Positions 38,084 through 47,344 of a stretch of DNA of 64,000 nucleotides are shown piece by piece. The stretch's first letter is position 1. Every line of letters starts with the position of its first letter. Position numbers and translations under genes: made by a program. This stretch comes from Bacteroidales bacterium UBA1189. GTDB lineage: Bacteria > Bacteroidota > Bacteroidia > Bacteroidales > Bacteroidaceae. A model generated the notes under the pieces. That model was not told where the DNA came from and searched no databases. It was given only the letters and a program-made list of their open reading frames with translations. The stretch covers positions 14,497 through 78,496 of the forward strand of contig DBYJ01000015.1 of assembly GCA_002309805.1 (NCBI GenBank). Direction: 5' to 3'.

Positions 38084-40150
38084 CTACCGTTCGTGGATGA
38101 GGCCTTGGCGGTAAGCGAATAGAAGGCGGCGGAGGTCGTCTATGCGGGAGGCAATATCGTGGCCTTTATCGGTTTCGCGCATCATGATGCGTTGTGAGCG
38201 CATCTCCACCAGATGACGGGTGGAGCGAATATCGGAGCCCTTGCGAATAGCGTCTTCAGTACTGGTAAAAGGCTGGTGCTCGACCAGCTGCATACCTCGC
38301 GAATGATAGACGAGGGTATAGCCCGCGATGCCCGTCACACGCTGATAGGGTTTGGAAAAGCCACCATCGATGACGATGAGCTTTCCGCCAGCCTTCAAAG
38401 GACTCTCGCCCTTGGCCGTATGAATGGGCGTATGTCCATTGATAATATGGCGATGGGTGCCACGGACATCGAATTCCTCAAGGATGCGGTCCACAGCCTC
38501 AGGGTCATCGCGGAAGGCGTAGTAGGCACCCTTGTTCTCTTTCATGACAGCCTTGTCCTTCAGGAAATAGCGCTCGAAGGTCGTCATCTTATCCTTATCA
38601 AACACAGGGGAGTCCTTGCCACACCAGAGGTACCAGAGGTAATCGAGATTTTGCAGGTCAATTGAACTACAAGTCAACAAGTTGACACGCTGGGCGTAAT
38701 CTGCATTCACTTGTTGACCTATTGACTTGTTGATTTGTTGGCCATTCTCGAACGCCTCGCGGATTAGATGGTCGATTCTGTCCAGTAGGGCACGACCATG
38801 AAACGTCTCACCCATAATGGTGACGTCGCGGAACGAGCCGTCGGCATTCATCGGCACAGAGGCATGATAGAGCAGATTGCCGTTGCAGACGAGATACATG
38901 GAGCCGTTGTCGAGCAGGAGGCGAATATGCTTCTTCAGTTTTTCCGATGTAAGGAAGGAGTGGCGAATCTGCCCGATGAGTTCTTGTTCCTCGATGCTGA
39001 GACGATAGGGATCAGCAGGGTCAACAGTAGGCAGGAAGGTGTCGCTCATGGTGTATTTTCGATTGCCTATGCGGCAAATACCCTTCTTGAAATCCGTCTT
39101 GTCAAGCAGCAAACGATCCTCCATGCCGTATTCTGGGTGACGGCGGATGATTTCGGCTTCGAGCTTGAACTGTAGGACGCTGATGGCTTTATGCATCTGG
39201 GCTATGAGACGTCGCGTCTTGGCACTAAGGGTGACGTTCTCTTCAAGCCGAGGGCCGAAGGAATCGCAGGGGTCGTCCTTGTAGACTTCCATCGCAAAGA
39301 TGGCCAATGGCAGGAGGTTGATGCCATACCCGTCCTCAAGAACGCTAAGGTTGCCGTATCGCATACAAATGCGCAGAATGTTGGCCATGCAGGCTTCGTT
39401 GCCCGAAGCGGCGCCAATCCATAGCACGTCGTGATTGCCAAACTGGATGTCGAAATTCTGGTACTCAGCCAGCGCATCCATCACGAGATGGCTGCCCGTG
39501 CCACGATCGAAAAGGTCGCCAATGATGTGCAGCCTATCGACAGCCAAACGCTGAATGACTGTGCAAAGAGCCGCGATGAAGTGGTCGGCCTCGCCGACAT
39601 CGATAATCGTATCGACGATACTACCCACGTAACGGTTTTTGTTTCGCATCCCTTCGGACTCATGCAGCAACTCCTGAATGATATAGCTGAACTCCTTGGG
39701 GAGCACAGTACGGACTTTCGAGCGCGTGTATTTCGAGGAGATGTTCTGGCAGATGAGCACCAGGTAACGGATGGTGAGCGAATACCAGGATGCCGACAAT
39801 TCGCTGCCCTTTGCCGCAGCCTCCTCACGCAGTAGAGCCAGTTTTTCGACGGGATAGTAGATGAGCGTACAGAGTTCGCGCAATTCCTTGGTGCTTAGTT
39901 CATCGCCCAGCAGTTCCGTCACCTTACGACGGATGTCGCCGGAAGCATTCTTGAGCACATGCTGAAATGCCTCGTGCTCGCCGTGGATGTCGGCAAGGAA
40001 GTGCTCCGTTCCCTTTGGGAGATTCAGGATGGCCTCCAGATTTATGATTTCTGTGGCTGTTTCAGCCGCGTTCTTATACGTCTTGGCAAGCAGTTTCAGA
40101 TAATCCATCTGACGCTCTATCTCTTCCTTCGGATAACTCAGTTCGGGCAT
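38084..40150 (-). CDS. fbp: fructose-1,6-bisphosphatase, class 3
   Basis: The N-terminus LKLLAKTYKN...INLEAILNLPKGTEHFLADIHGEHEAF and the metallophosphatase blocks (GDLFDRG, GNHD) are typical of FBPase III. The start is placed at the internal ATG (MPELSYPK...). Confidence 0.93.
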   Translation of the reverse strand: MPELSYPKEEIERQMDYLKLLAKTYKNAAETATEIINLEAILNLPKGTEHFLADIHGEHEAFQHVLKNASGDIRRKVTELLGDELSTKELRELCTLIYYPVEKLALLREEAAAKGSELSASWYSLTIRYLVLICQNISSKYTRSKVRTVLPKEFSYIIQELLHESEGMRNKNRYVGSIVDTIIDVGEADHFIAALCTVIQRLAVDRLHIIGDLFDRGTGSHLVMDALAEYQNFDIQFGNHDVLWIGAASGNEACMANILRICMRYGNLSVLEDGYGINLLPLAIFAMEVYKDDPCDSFGPRLEENVTLSAKTRRLIAQMHKAISVLQFKLEAEIIRRHPEYGMEDRLLLDKTDFKKGICRIGNRKYTMSDTFLPTVDPADPYRLSIEEQELIGQIRHSFLTSEKLKKHIRLLLDNGSMYLVCNGNLLYHASVPMNADGSFRDVTIMGETFHGRALLDRIDHLIREAFENGQQINKSIGQQVNADYAQRVNLLTCSSIDLQNLDYLWYLWCGKDSPVFDKDKMTTFERYFLKDKAVMKENKGAYYAFRDDPEAVDRILEEFDVRGTHRHIINGHTPIHTAKGESPLKAGGKLIVIDGGFSKPYQRVTGIAGYTLVYHSRGMQLVEHQPFTSTEDAIRKGSDIRSTRHLVEMRSQRIMMRETDKGHDIASRIDDLRRLLFAYRQGLIHER

Positions 40151-40189
40151 AGGAAAACAAAAAAATGTATTTGTCGAAATGTTTTGGGG

Positions 40190-40197
40190 CAAAAGTA
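40190..40197 (-). promoter_or_regulatory. -7 promoter box TACTTTTG (minus strand)
   Basis: Lies 39 nt upstream of the fbp start. Confidence 0.45.
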
Positions 40198-40243
40198 ATC
40201 ATTTATTCGGGATTTTTTTATTCCTTTGCACAAATTTTTCAAA

Positions 40244-41155
40244 ATGTATAAGTTCGAACCCATTCTGAAGACCCTCATCTGGGGTAGTGAAAGTTGGCAA
40301 TTGTCCGGTGTACCGGGTTCATTGTCTGTTGTTTTCGAAGGACCCGAGAAAGGAAAGACTGTGGCTGACCTTCTCTGCGAACAGCATGAGCAACTCGTGG
40401 GCCGGCGCAGTTACGAACGCTATGGCGACGTGTTTCCTCTCCTTATTAAATTCATCGAGGCCAATCTGCCTCTCTCCGTACAAGTGCATCCGAACGATGA
40501 GTTGGCTCGCAAGCGCCACAACTCCTTCGGCAAGACCGAGATGTGGTATGTCCTTCATGCGAAGAAGGACGCTTACCTTTACGCGGGCTTCAACCGTCTG
40601 CTTGACCCCGAAAGCTACTGCCGCATGGTAGAGGACGGCAGCATCACCCAAGCGCTGGCCAAGCACTCGTTGCAGGAGGGCGATGTGTTCTTCCTCCCCG
40701 CAGGACGCGTGCACAGCATCGGCGGAGGTACTACTATTGCTGAAATCCAGCAGACCAGCGACATCACCTACCGCATCTACGACTTCGGCCGTCTGGACAA
40801 GAACGGCAATCCCCGCGAGCTGCATACCGAGCTGGCTAAGGATGCCATCGACTATCGTGTATTCTCCGACTACCGCACTCATTATCTCCCCTGCCCCAAC
40901 CGTCCCGTAGAGTTGGTTAACTGCGACTATTTCACCACATCGCTACTCGACTTGAACGAGCCCATCCATTTCGACCACAGCGCGATGGATTCGTTCGTCA
41001 TCTACATCGGCTTGGAAGACAATTGCGAATTCACGGACGAGAAAGGCGAGACCGCCCTTCTCCACGCCGGACAGACGTTGCTTGTCCCCGCTTCCAACGG
41101 ACGACTTGACCTTCGCCCCGTCGGAACAGCCAAATTGCTTGAAGTTCACATTTAA
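40244..41155 (+). CDS. manA: type I phosphomannose isomerase (mannose-6-phosphate isomerase)
   Basis: MYKFEPILKTLIWGSESW..., LSVQVHPND and the cupin block HSIGGGTTIAEIQQTSD. The start is placed at the ATG at 40244. Confidence 0.88.
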   Translation: MYKFEPILKTLIWGSESWQLSGVPGSLSVVFEGPEKGKTVADLLCEQHEQLVGRRSYERYGDVFPLLIKFIEANLPLSVQVHPNDELARKRHNSFGKTEMWYVLHAKKDAYLYAGFNRLLDPESYCRMVEDGSITQALAKHSLQEGDVFFLPAGRVHSIGGGTTIAEIQQTSDITYRIYDFGRLDKNGNPRELHTELAKDAIDYRVFSDYRTHYLPCPNRPVELVNCDYFTTSLLDLNEPIHFDHSAMDSFVIYIGLEDNCEFTDEKGETALLHAGQTLLVPASNGRLDLRPVGTAKLLEVHI

Positions 41156-41199
41156 CGTTATTTTTTCATTCTACATTTTTCATTCTTCATTTTTTGTAT

Positions 41200-41207
41200 T
41201 ATCTTTG
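41200..41207 (+). promoter_or_regulatory. -7 promoter box TATCTTTG
   Basis: Lies 39 nt upstream of the 41247 start. Confidence 0.45.
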
Positions 41208-41246
41208 CACACCGAAAACAATAACCCATTTTAACATCAACCCGTA

Positions 41247-41729
41247 ATGAAAAAGACCGTATTCTTCGTACTGATGGGCGCAGCCCTCATGTTCACCTCC
41301 TGCAAATCCAGCCAGAGCGCTTACAGACAAGCCTATGAAAAGGCTAAGGCACAGGAAACCTATGCGCAGACCGAGGCTAACGCTCCTGTTCAGACAACCG
41401 CTGCCAGCGAGACGAGGCCTGTTACTCCCGTAACTGACAACACCCCCGTCCGTCAGGAGGCCGTCGTTGACTTCAACGGTGAGGTCAAATCCTACAGCGT
41501 TGTCTGCGGCAGCTTTAGCGTGCAGACCAATGCCGAGGACCTCTGCCAGAAGCTGAAAGCCGATGGCTATAAAGCCGGCATCGTCAAGAATGTCGACCGT
41601 AACATGTACCGCGTCTATATCGGCACCTACAACACCAAGGCTGAGGCCGTCACGGCTCGCGATGCCTTCAAGGCCGCCAACCCTGACCGTCAGGACTTCC
41701 AGGAGAGCTGGATTCTGCTGAAGAAGTGA
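41247..41729 (+). CDS. SPOR domain-containing lipoprotein
   Basis: Lipobox FTSC and a C-terminal SPOR fold pattern ([33 protein letters not shown]...[14 protein letters not shown]). Confidence 0.8.
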   Translation: MKKTVFFVLMGAALMFTSCKSSQSAYRQAYEKAKAQETYAQTEANAPVQTTAASETRPVTPVTDNTPVRQEAVVDFNGEVKSYSVVCGSFSVQTNAEDLCQKLKADGYKAGIVKNVDRNMYRVYIGTYNTKAEAVTARDAFKAANPDRQDFQESWILLKK

Positions 41730-42850
41730 TTCCCTTTCTGGACATACAAGCTGTCACCGCCCTTCACGCCGATGAGATTGCAGCGGCGGTTGACAGCGTT
41801 GTACGTTCGGGCTGGTATCTGAAGGGAAGAGCAACAGCCGTTTTTGAGGAAGCGTATGCCACGTTTATCGGCACGTCCCATTGTGTGGGCTGTGCCAATG
41901 GGTTGGATGCGCTTACCCTTATTTTAAAAGGGTATATGGAACTTGGCGTGATGGCTCCAGGCGATGAAGTCATCGTTCCCGCCAATACGTTCATTGCCTC
42001 TGTGCTTGCCGTCACCCGCTGCGGATTGGTGCCCGTGTTTGTCGAGCCATGCGCCGAAACCTCGCTTATTGACGACAGCCTCATCGAAGCAGCCATCACC
42101 CCACGCACCCGCGCGGTCATGATTGTCCATCTTTATGGGCGTTGTGCCTGGACGGAACGCATCAGCGACATCTGCCGCCGTCATGGGCTAAAATTGATTG
42201 AAGACAATGCCCAAGCACACGGGGCGGTTTTTAGTGAACATCGCACGGGCTCTCTTGGAGATGCAGCAGGGCATAGTTTCTATCCGGCTAAGAATCTCGG
42301 AGCCTTGGGCGATGCGGGAGCTGTCACGACAGACGATGACACTTTGGCAGACGTCGTACGCCGCTTGGGCAACTACGGTATGGAGCCCAAATACCATTGC
42401 GACGTGCAAGGCCTCAACAGCCGCATCGACGAGATACAAGCAGCCGTACTTACCGTCAAGCTCCGCTACCTGGACGAAGACAATGCCCGCCGACGTGCTA
42501 TTGCCGACATTTATTCCGAATTGCTCCCTCCCCATCTTGCTTCCCCTAGCCCTAACGCCTCATTCCTAACCGCTAATTCTTCTTCCGTCTTCCACGTCTT
42601 CCCTATTTTTACGGAGCAACGCGATGCCTTGCAACGCTATCTGCTTGCAGAAGGGGTTGAGACCAACATCCACTACCCTATTCCGCCTCATCGCCAGCGT
42701 TGCTTCCCGCAGTTCAACCACCTCTCCCTGCCCGTCACCGAACGTTTGGCAACCACAGAACTCAGCCTCCCCATCAGCCCGGCTCTATCACCCTCAGACG
42801 CCCGCATCGTTGCAGAAAAAGTATTGAAAGGGTTAGAGGTTAAAGGGTAA
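41726..42850 (+). CDS. DegT/DnrJ/EryC1/StrS family sugar aminotransferase
   Basis: Fold-type I PLP sugar aminotransferase pattern ([32 protein letters not shown]). The GTG start overlaps the SPOR gene stop by 4 nt. Confidence 0.9.
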   Translation: MIPFLDIQAVTALHADEIAAAVDSVVRSGWYLKGRATAVFEEAYATFIGTSHCVGCANGLDALTLILKGYMELGVMAPGDEVIVPANTFIASVLAVTRCGLVPVFVEPCAETSLIDDSLIEAAITPRTRAVMIVHLYGRCAWTERISDICRRHGLKLIEDNAQAHGAVFSEHRTGSLGDAAGHSFYPAKNLGALGDAGAVTTDDDTLADVVRRLGNYGMEPKYHCDVQGLNSRIDEIQAAVLTVKLRYLDEDNARRRAIADIYSELLPPHLASPSPNASFLTANSSSVFHVFPIFTEQRDALQRYLLAEGVETNIHYPIPPHRQRCFPQFNHLSLPVTERLATTELSLPISPALSPSDARIVAEKVLKGLEVKG

Positions 42851-42888
42851 GGCTATTTTTTTTTCTTCATTTTTCATTCTTCATTATC

Positions 42889-43521
42889 ATGGAAATCCGT
42901 CGTTTGTCCGCAGCCTTTGTCGCTGCATCTGTAATCCGCGACCTGTTCGATAGAGAGGGCATTCCCTTCACTCCCGTCAACCAAATCAATTGGCCTGCCT
43001 ATCCCTATCTCCCCGAAGTAGCTGTCCGAATGGCTCTGGGAAACGATGCCCTGCTCATTCATTATCGTGTCAACGAGCAAGCCGTGCTGGCGCGCTATGT
43101 GATGGATGGCGATCGTGTTTGGACAGACTCTTGTGTCGAAACGTTCATCCGTCCGAATAGTGCCGAAGGCTATTACAATATTGAATGCACGTGCATCGGC
43201 ACACTCCTCATCGGCTACGGCGAAGGACGCGAAGGCCGAGAGCCCCTTTCGACAGGACAGCTTGGAGCCGTCGACCGTTGGTCGTCATTGGGCCGTAAGC
43301 CTTTGGGCCTCGTGAATTCGCCCACCTCATGGGAGCTCACCCTTGCCATACCTTACACTCTTTTCGGCGAGCACGCCCATCAGGTTTCCTCAGGCGAGTT
43401 CCGTCTGAACGTCTATAAATGCGGCGACGACCTGCCTACTCCCCACTTCGTTTCCCTCTTCCCCATCAACGTCCCCAATCCCGACTTCCACCGTCCCGAT
43501 TTCTTCGGAAAGCCGGAATAA
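42889..43521 (+). CDS. carbohydrate-binding family 9-like / DOMON-like protein (tentative)
   Basis: 210 aa without a signal peptide. Blocks such as WTDSCVETFIRP...YYNIECTCIG and FRLNVYKCGD resemble CBM9-like proteins. This is from memory and confidence is low. Confidence 0.5.
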   Translation: MEIRRLSAAFVAASVIRDLFDREGIPFTPVNQINWPAYPYLPEVAVRMALGNDALLIHYRVNEQAVLARYVMDGDRVWTDSCVETFIRPNSAEGYYNIECTCIGTLLIGYGEGREGREPLSTGQLGAVDRWSSLGRKPLGLVNSPTSWELTLAIPYTLFGEHAHQVSSGEFRLNVYKCGDDLPTPHFVSLFPINVPNPDFHRPDFFGKPE

Positions 43522-43553
43522 CAAGGTAAAATCGCTCTAAAAGCCAATAAAAC

Positions 43554-43643
43554 ATCTACACAATCTACACGAACGGAGTATCGTACTGAATTACTGCCGT
43601 TTGAAGCGTGTAGATGGGGCGTTTTATCTACACAATCTACACG
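43554..43643. repeat. two identical 18-mers ATCTACACAATCTACACG, 72 bp apart, with an inverted 9-mer between them
   Basis: The copies are at 43554-43571 and 43626-43643. CGTGTAGAT at 43607-43615 is the inverted half. Confidence 0.8.
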
Positions 43644-43649
43644 TTTTTT
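43607..43649 (+). terminator. probable rho-independent terminator downstream of 42889..43521
   Basis: CGTGTAGAT (43607-43615) pairs with ATCTACACG (43635-43643) and is followed by TTTTTT. Confidence 0.5.
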
Positions 43650-43710
43650 GGGCGATTTCGTAGAAAAACGCACTATAGATAGTTCGTTTATTCCGACGTT
43701 TGATGTCTTT

Positions 43711-43754
43711 TATAAACAGGGGGCGTGTTTATATAAATGCCACCCCTGTTTATA
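43711..43754. repeat. 12-bp perfect inverted repeat TATAAACAGGGG / CCCCTGTTTATA
   Basis: The arms are at 43711-43722 and 43743-43754, with a 20-nt AT-rich loop. Confidence 0.6.
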
Positions 43755-43756
43755 GA

Positions 43757-43883
43757 CAGAGTAGGCAAATCAGAAAATAGAATAGGCGAATAAAAAATTA
43801 GCGTAGGCTAATAATTTGCCAGAGCAGGGGAATAATTTCGTAACGCAGGCAAATAAATTTGCAGAGCAGGCGACTATTCAGAG
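43757..43883. repeat. six-unit tandem array, exact 21-bp period, core YAGGSRAATAA (same family as 8841-8946)
   Basis: The cores start at 43762, 43783, 43804, 43825, 43846 and 43867. The units AGAATAGGCGAATAAAAA and AACGCAGGCAAATAAAT are shared with the 8.8-kb locus. Confidence 0.85.
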
Positions 43884-44006
43884 AGAGCATGGGAATGGTA
43901 TTGGTTTCCGCTTTTCCGGCACATTCTTTTTTTCCTCCAAGGGCTTTTAGATAGGTTGGAGGAGCGTTTTTCTTGCGAATTGTTACAAATATTGGATTTT
44001 TATTTG

Positions 44007-44014
44007 TAATTTTG
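44007..44014 (+). promoter_or_regulatory. -7 promoter box TAATTTTG
   Basis: Lies 9 nt upstream of the ATG at 44024. Confidence 0.45.
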
Positions 44015-44023
44015 CAGCCAATT

Positions 44024-45388
44024 ATGGAAAAGAGGAATAATTTCGGAAGCAAGCTGGGCATCATCCTGGCTGCTGCAGGTTCAGCCGTAGGGCTGGGTAA
44101 TGTATGGCGTTTTCCCACCGAAACAGGTTCACACGGCGGAGCGGCGTTTATACTCATTTATGTTGTCTGCGTCATCGTGCTGGGCATCCCCGTCATGCTG
44201 TCGGAGTTTGTCATCGGACGCAGCACGCACGCTAACACCATCGATGCCTACCGCCGGCTGGCGCCACGCTCAGGGTGGATTGTGCAGGGGTATTTGGGCG
44301 TATTTGCAGCTTTCATTATCCTTTCGTACTATAGCGTAGTGGCGGGTTGGACAATGAAATACCTCACCACAGCCGTCGTGGGAGGGGTTTCGCGCATTTC
44401 TGATCCAGCGTCATACTATACCGCCTTCACCTCCAACGCCTGGTGGCCTATTATCTTTACGGCACTCGTGCTCCTCATCACCCATATCATCGTCGTCCGC
44501 GGCGTGCAGAACGGCATTGAGCGTTTCTCGAAGCTGCTGATGCCCCTGCTGTTTATCATCATTGCCGTGCTGGTTGTCTGCTCGATGATGATGCCGGGAG
44601 CCAAGGAGGGCTTGCAGTTCCTCTTGCGTCCCGACTTCTCGAAGATTACGGCTGACACGCTCCTTAGCGCCCTTGGGCAGGCATTCTTCTCCCTCAGCCT
44701 TGCTATGGGATGCCTGTGCACCTACGCCAGCTACTTCCGCGACGACGCCAACCTGACGCGCACGGCCGTCAGCGTCGTCAGCATCGACACGCTGGTAGCC
44801 ATCATGTGCGGATTCATCATCTTCCCTGCCGTATTCAGCGTTCAGGAAATCACGCCCGATGCCGGTCCTGGACTGGTGTTCATCACCCTGCCCAGCGTCT
44901 TCCAGATGGCCTTCGACGGAGCACCCATACTGGGCTACATCTTTGCCCTGTTGTTCTACCTTCTCCTCATCGTTGCCGCCATCACCAGCACCATCTCGCT
45001 CCACGAAACCATTACCGCCTTCCTGCACGAGCGAGGTCTCTCGCGCCGCGCCGCCGCCTGGATTGTCACCTCCAGCTGCCTCGTGCTGGGCATCTTCTGC
45101 TCGCTCAGCTTCGGCCCGATGAAGGACTTCCGGCCCTTCTTCGGACTTGGGTTCTTCGACGCCTTCGATTTCCTCTCGGCCAAGATTATCATGCCCATCG
45201 GAGGCATCATCATCAGCCTCTTTGCGGGTTGGCGCCTCGATAAGAAACTGGTTCGCCACCAAATCACCAACGGCGGCAAGCTCAAAGCCCCACTCTTCGG
45301 CCTCTATCGCTTCATCATCCGTTGGGTTGCCCCCACACTCATTACGCTCGTCCTCCTCAACGAACTCGGTGCCTTCAGCCATAAATAG
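44024..45388 (+). CDS. sodium-dependent transporter, neurotransmitter:sodium symporter (SNF) family
   Basis: MEKRNNFGSKLGIILAAAGSAVGLGNVWRFP is the signature N-terminus, followed by about 11-12 predicted transmembrane segments. The start is placed at the internal ATG. Confidence 0.92.
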   Translation: MEKRNNFGSKLGIILAAAGSAVGLGNVWRFPTETGSHGGAAFILIYVVCVIVLGIPVMLSEFVIGRSTHANTIDAYRRLAPRSGWIVQGYLGVFAAFIILSYYSVVAGWTMKYLTTAVVGGVSRISDPASYYTAFTSNAWWPIIFTALVLLITHIIVVRGVQNGIERFSKLLMPLLFIIIAVLVVCSMMMPGAKEGLQFLLRPDFSKITADTLLSALGQAFFSLSLAMGCLCTYASYFRDDANLTRTAVSVVSIDTLVAIMCGFIIFPAVFSVQEITPDAGPGLVFITLPSVFQMAFDGAPILGYIFALLFYLLLIVAAITSTISLHETITAFLHERGLSRRAAAWIVTSSCLVLGIFCSLSFGPMKDFRPFFGLGFFDAFDFLSAKIIMPIGGIIISLFAGWRLDKKLVRHQITNGGKLKAPLFGLYRFIIRWVAPTLITLVLLNELGAFSHK

Positions 45389-45390
45389 TC

Positions 45391-47334
45391 ATGAAAAGAA
45401 AACCTTTTTTACTTAACGCCTTTTTCTACCTGCTTGCGCTACCCGTCTTTTCACAAGCTGCTGATTCGCTGACTGACGGCCCTATTGACCTGATGAGCGA
45501 CACGTGGGTAGCCACAGACGCGCTGGGGCGGACGATGCCCCTCGTGGATGCCGTCGGCCCTGTGAAGGACGACCATCGCCGCACGGTGGGCATCTTCTAT
45601 ATCACCTGGCACACGCAGAATCTTCATCACCTTCCCTCACCCTACCTGGACGTCACCCGCATCCTTCACGAAGACCCTTCGGCTCGTCTCCGCCACGACC
45701 ATCCGCTCTGGCGCTACGGCACCTACCACTGGGGCGAACCCGAGATGGGCTATTTCCTCAGTCAAGACGAATGGGTCATCCGCCGCGACATGTCGATGCT
45801 GACAGACGCCGGCGTCGATGTGCTGGTGCTCGACGTCACCAACGGCGTCTGCTACTGGGACGAATGGGAGGCGCTTTTCTCTACCATGATGCAAATGCGC
45901 GCCGAGGGTAACGTCACGCCACAATTCGTTTTCTGGTCGTACAACGGAGGTCCTGTTGGCGTTGTGAAGTCGCTCTACGAACGCATCTATAAGGAGAAGC
46001 GCTTCGATGACCTTTGGTTCTTTTGGGACGGGAAGCCTCTGCTGCTCTATAATGCCGACCCCTCGTACGATGCCAACGGCACCTATCCCGACGTTTCGGC
46101 CAACGACTATCCACAGGAGATACGCGACTTCTTCACCCTGCGCAACATGTGGTGGGGGTATTATACATGGCACGGCCATCGTTTCATCGGCACGGAGGAC
46201 AACTGGAGTTTCGGCTACTCGATGGCCGACAGTATGATTATCGGCATGAAGCCCGAGGAGCTGGTTTCGAAACATCACGGCCAGCTGGAAGAAGCCGCCG
46301 TCACCCCTGCGCAACACCCTGTGACGATGACCGACATACCGATGGGCGTGGGCAAATCGTGGTCGCGCAAGTATGGCGAACCCCCGCTCAACGAATACGA
46401 CATGCCCTCTGAGGCCTACGTCCCCTGGCTGGGGCGCAAGGTGGAGCATCCCGAAGGCTACGGCATCTACTTCCAGGAGCGCTGGGACGATGCCCTTGCC
46501 GCCGACCCGCCCTTCATCTACCTCAACGACTGGAACGAATGGACAGCCGGCATGTGGGAGCGCGGACAAAAAACGATGTGGCTGGGACGCGAGAACTCGT
46601 TCATCTTCGTCGACCAGTATAACGCTGAGTTCAACCGCACTATCCAACCCATGCGCAACGGCTATACCGATAATTATTACATGCAGATGGCGCAGAATAT
46701 CCGCCGCTACAAGGGTGTCCGCCCCATCCCCGTCAATCGTGGGAAACAGCGCATCCGCATCGACGGACGGTTTGCTGATTGGGAAGCCGTCGGCGTCACC
46801 TACCGCGACACCCGCGGCGACATCATCCCCCGCAACGCCCCTGGTTACGCTGATCTCCAATACTCCGACAGCACCGGACGCAACGACATCCACGATGCAA
46901 AGGTAACTGTTACCCGCGACGGACGACACGTGGCCTTCTATGTCCGTACCGCAGCTCCCATTTCGCCTTATACCGACCCTGATTGGATGTTCCTACTCAT
47001 CGATGCCGACCAAGATGTGCAAACGGGTTGGTTGGGTTACGACCTTATGGTGAACGGCACCGTTGTCGATGACCACACTACGACCGTCAAGCGCTACGAC
47101 TCCGCCACCGAAAGCTGGACAACCGTCGGCAAAGTGCCCTACGCCGTCAACGGCTGCGAAATGGAGTTCTCCCTCCCCGCTTCGTGGATAGGTGTAAAGG
47201 GAAGTTCTGCCAGCTTCGACTTCAAGTGGGCAGACAACTGCGGTTCTCTCACCGACCACGCCGCCTTTGCCCTTCACGGAGATGCTGCGCCTAATCGTCG
47301 CTTCAACTACCGCTTCGTCTGGCAGATAAGATAA
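45391..47334 (+). CDS. secreted hypothetical protein, possibly glycoside hydrolase-like
   Basis: 647 aa with signal peptide MKRKPFLLNAFFYLLALPVFSQA. TIM-barrel-like blocks (GIFYITWH, VLVLDVTNG, YLNDWNEW) are followed by a beta-sandwich-like C-terminus. I cannot name the family. Confidence 0.6.
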   Translation: MKRKPFLLNAFFYLLALPVFSQAADSLTDGPIDLMSDTWVATDALGRTMPLVDAVGPVKDDHRRTVGIFYITWHTQNLHHLPSPYLDVTRILHEDPSARLRHDHPLWRYGTYHWGEPEMGYFLSQDEWVIRRDMSMLTDAGVDVLVLDVTNGVCYWDEWEALFSTMMQMRAEGNVTPQFVFWSYNGGPVGVVKSLYERIYKEKRFDDLWFFWDGKPLLLYNADPSYDANGTYPDVSANDYPQEIRDFFTLRNMWWGYYTWHGHRFIGTEDNWSFGYSMADSMIIGMKPEELVSKHHGQLEEAAVTPAQHPVTMTDIPMGVGKSWSRKYGEPPLNEYDMPSEAYVPWLGRKVEHPEGYGIYFQERWDDALAADPPFIYLNDWNEWTAGMWERGQKTMWLGRENSFIFVDQYNAEFNRTIQPMRNGYTDNYYMQMAQNIRRYKGVRPIPVNRGKQRIRIDGRFADWEAVGVTYRDTRGDIIPRNAPGYADLQYSDSTGRNDIHDAKVTVTRDGRHVAFYVRTAAPISPYTDPDWMFLLIDADQDVQTGWLGYDLMVNGTVVDDHTTTVKRYDSATESWTTVGKVPYAVNGCEMEFSLPASWIGVKGSSASFDFKWADNCGSLTDHAAFALHGDAAPNRRFNYRFVWQIR

Positions 47335-47344
47335 AAAAAACGCC

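Noticed and set aside
45637-46929. 430-aa minus-strand ORF
   Set aside because: It is antisense to the 647-aa secreted protein gene. That gene has a proper signal peptide and is coupled to the upstream transporter.
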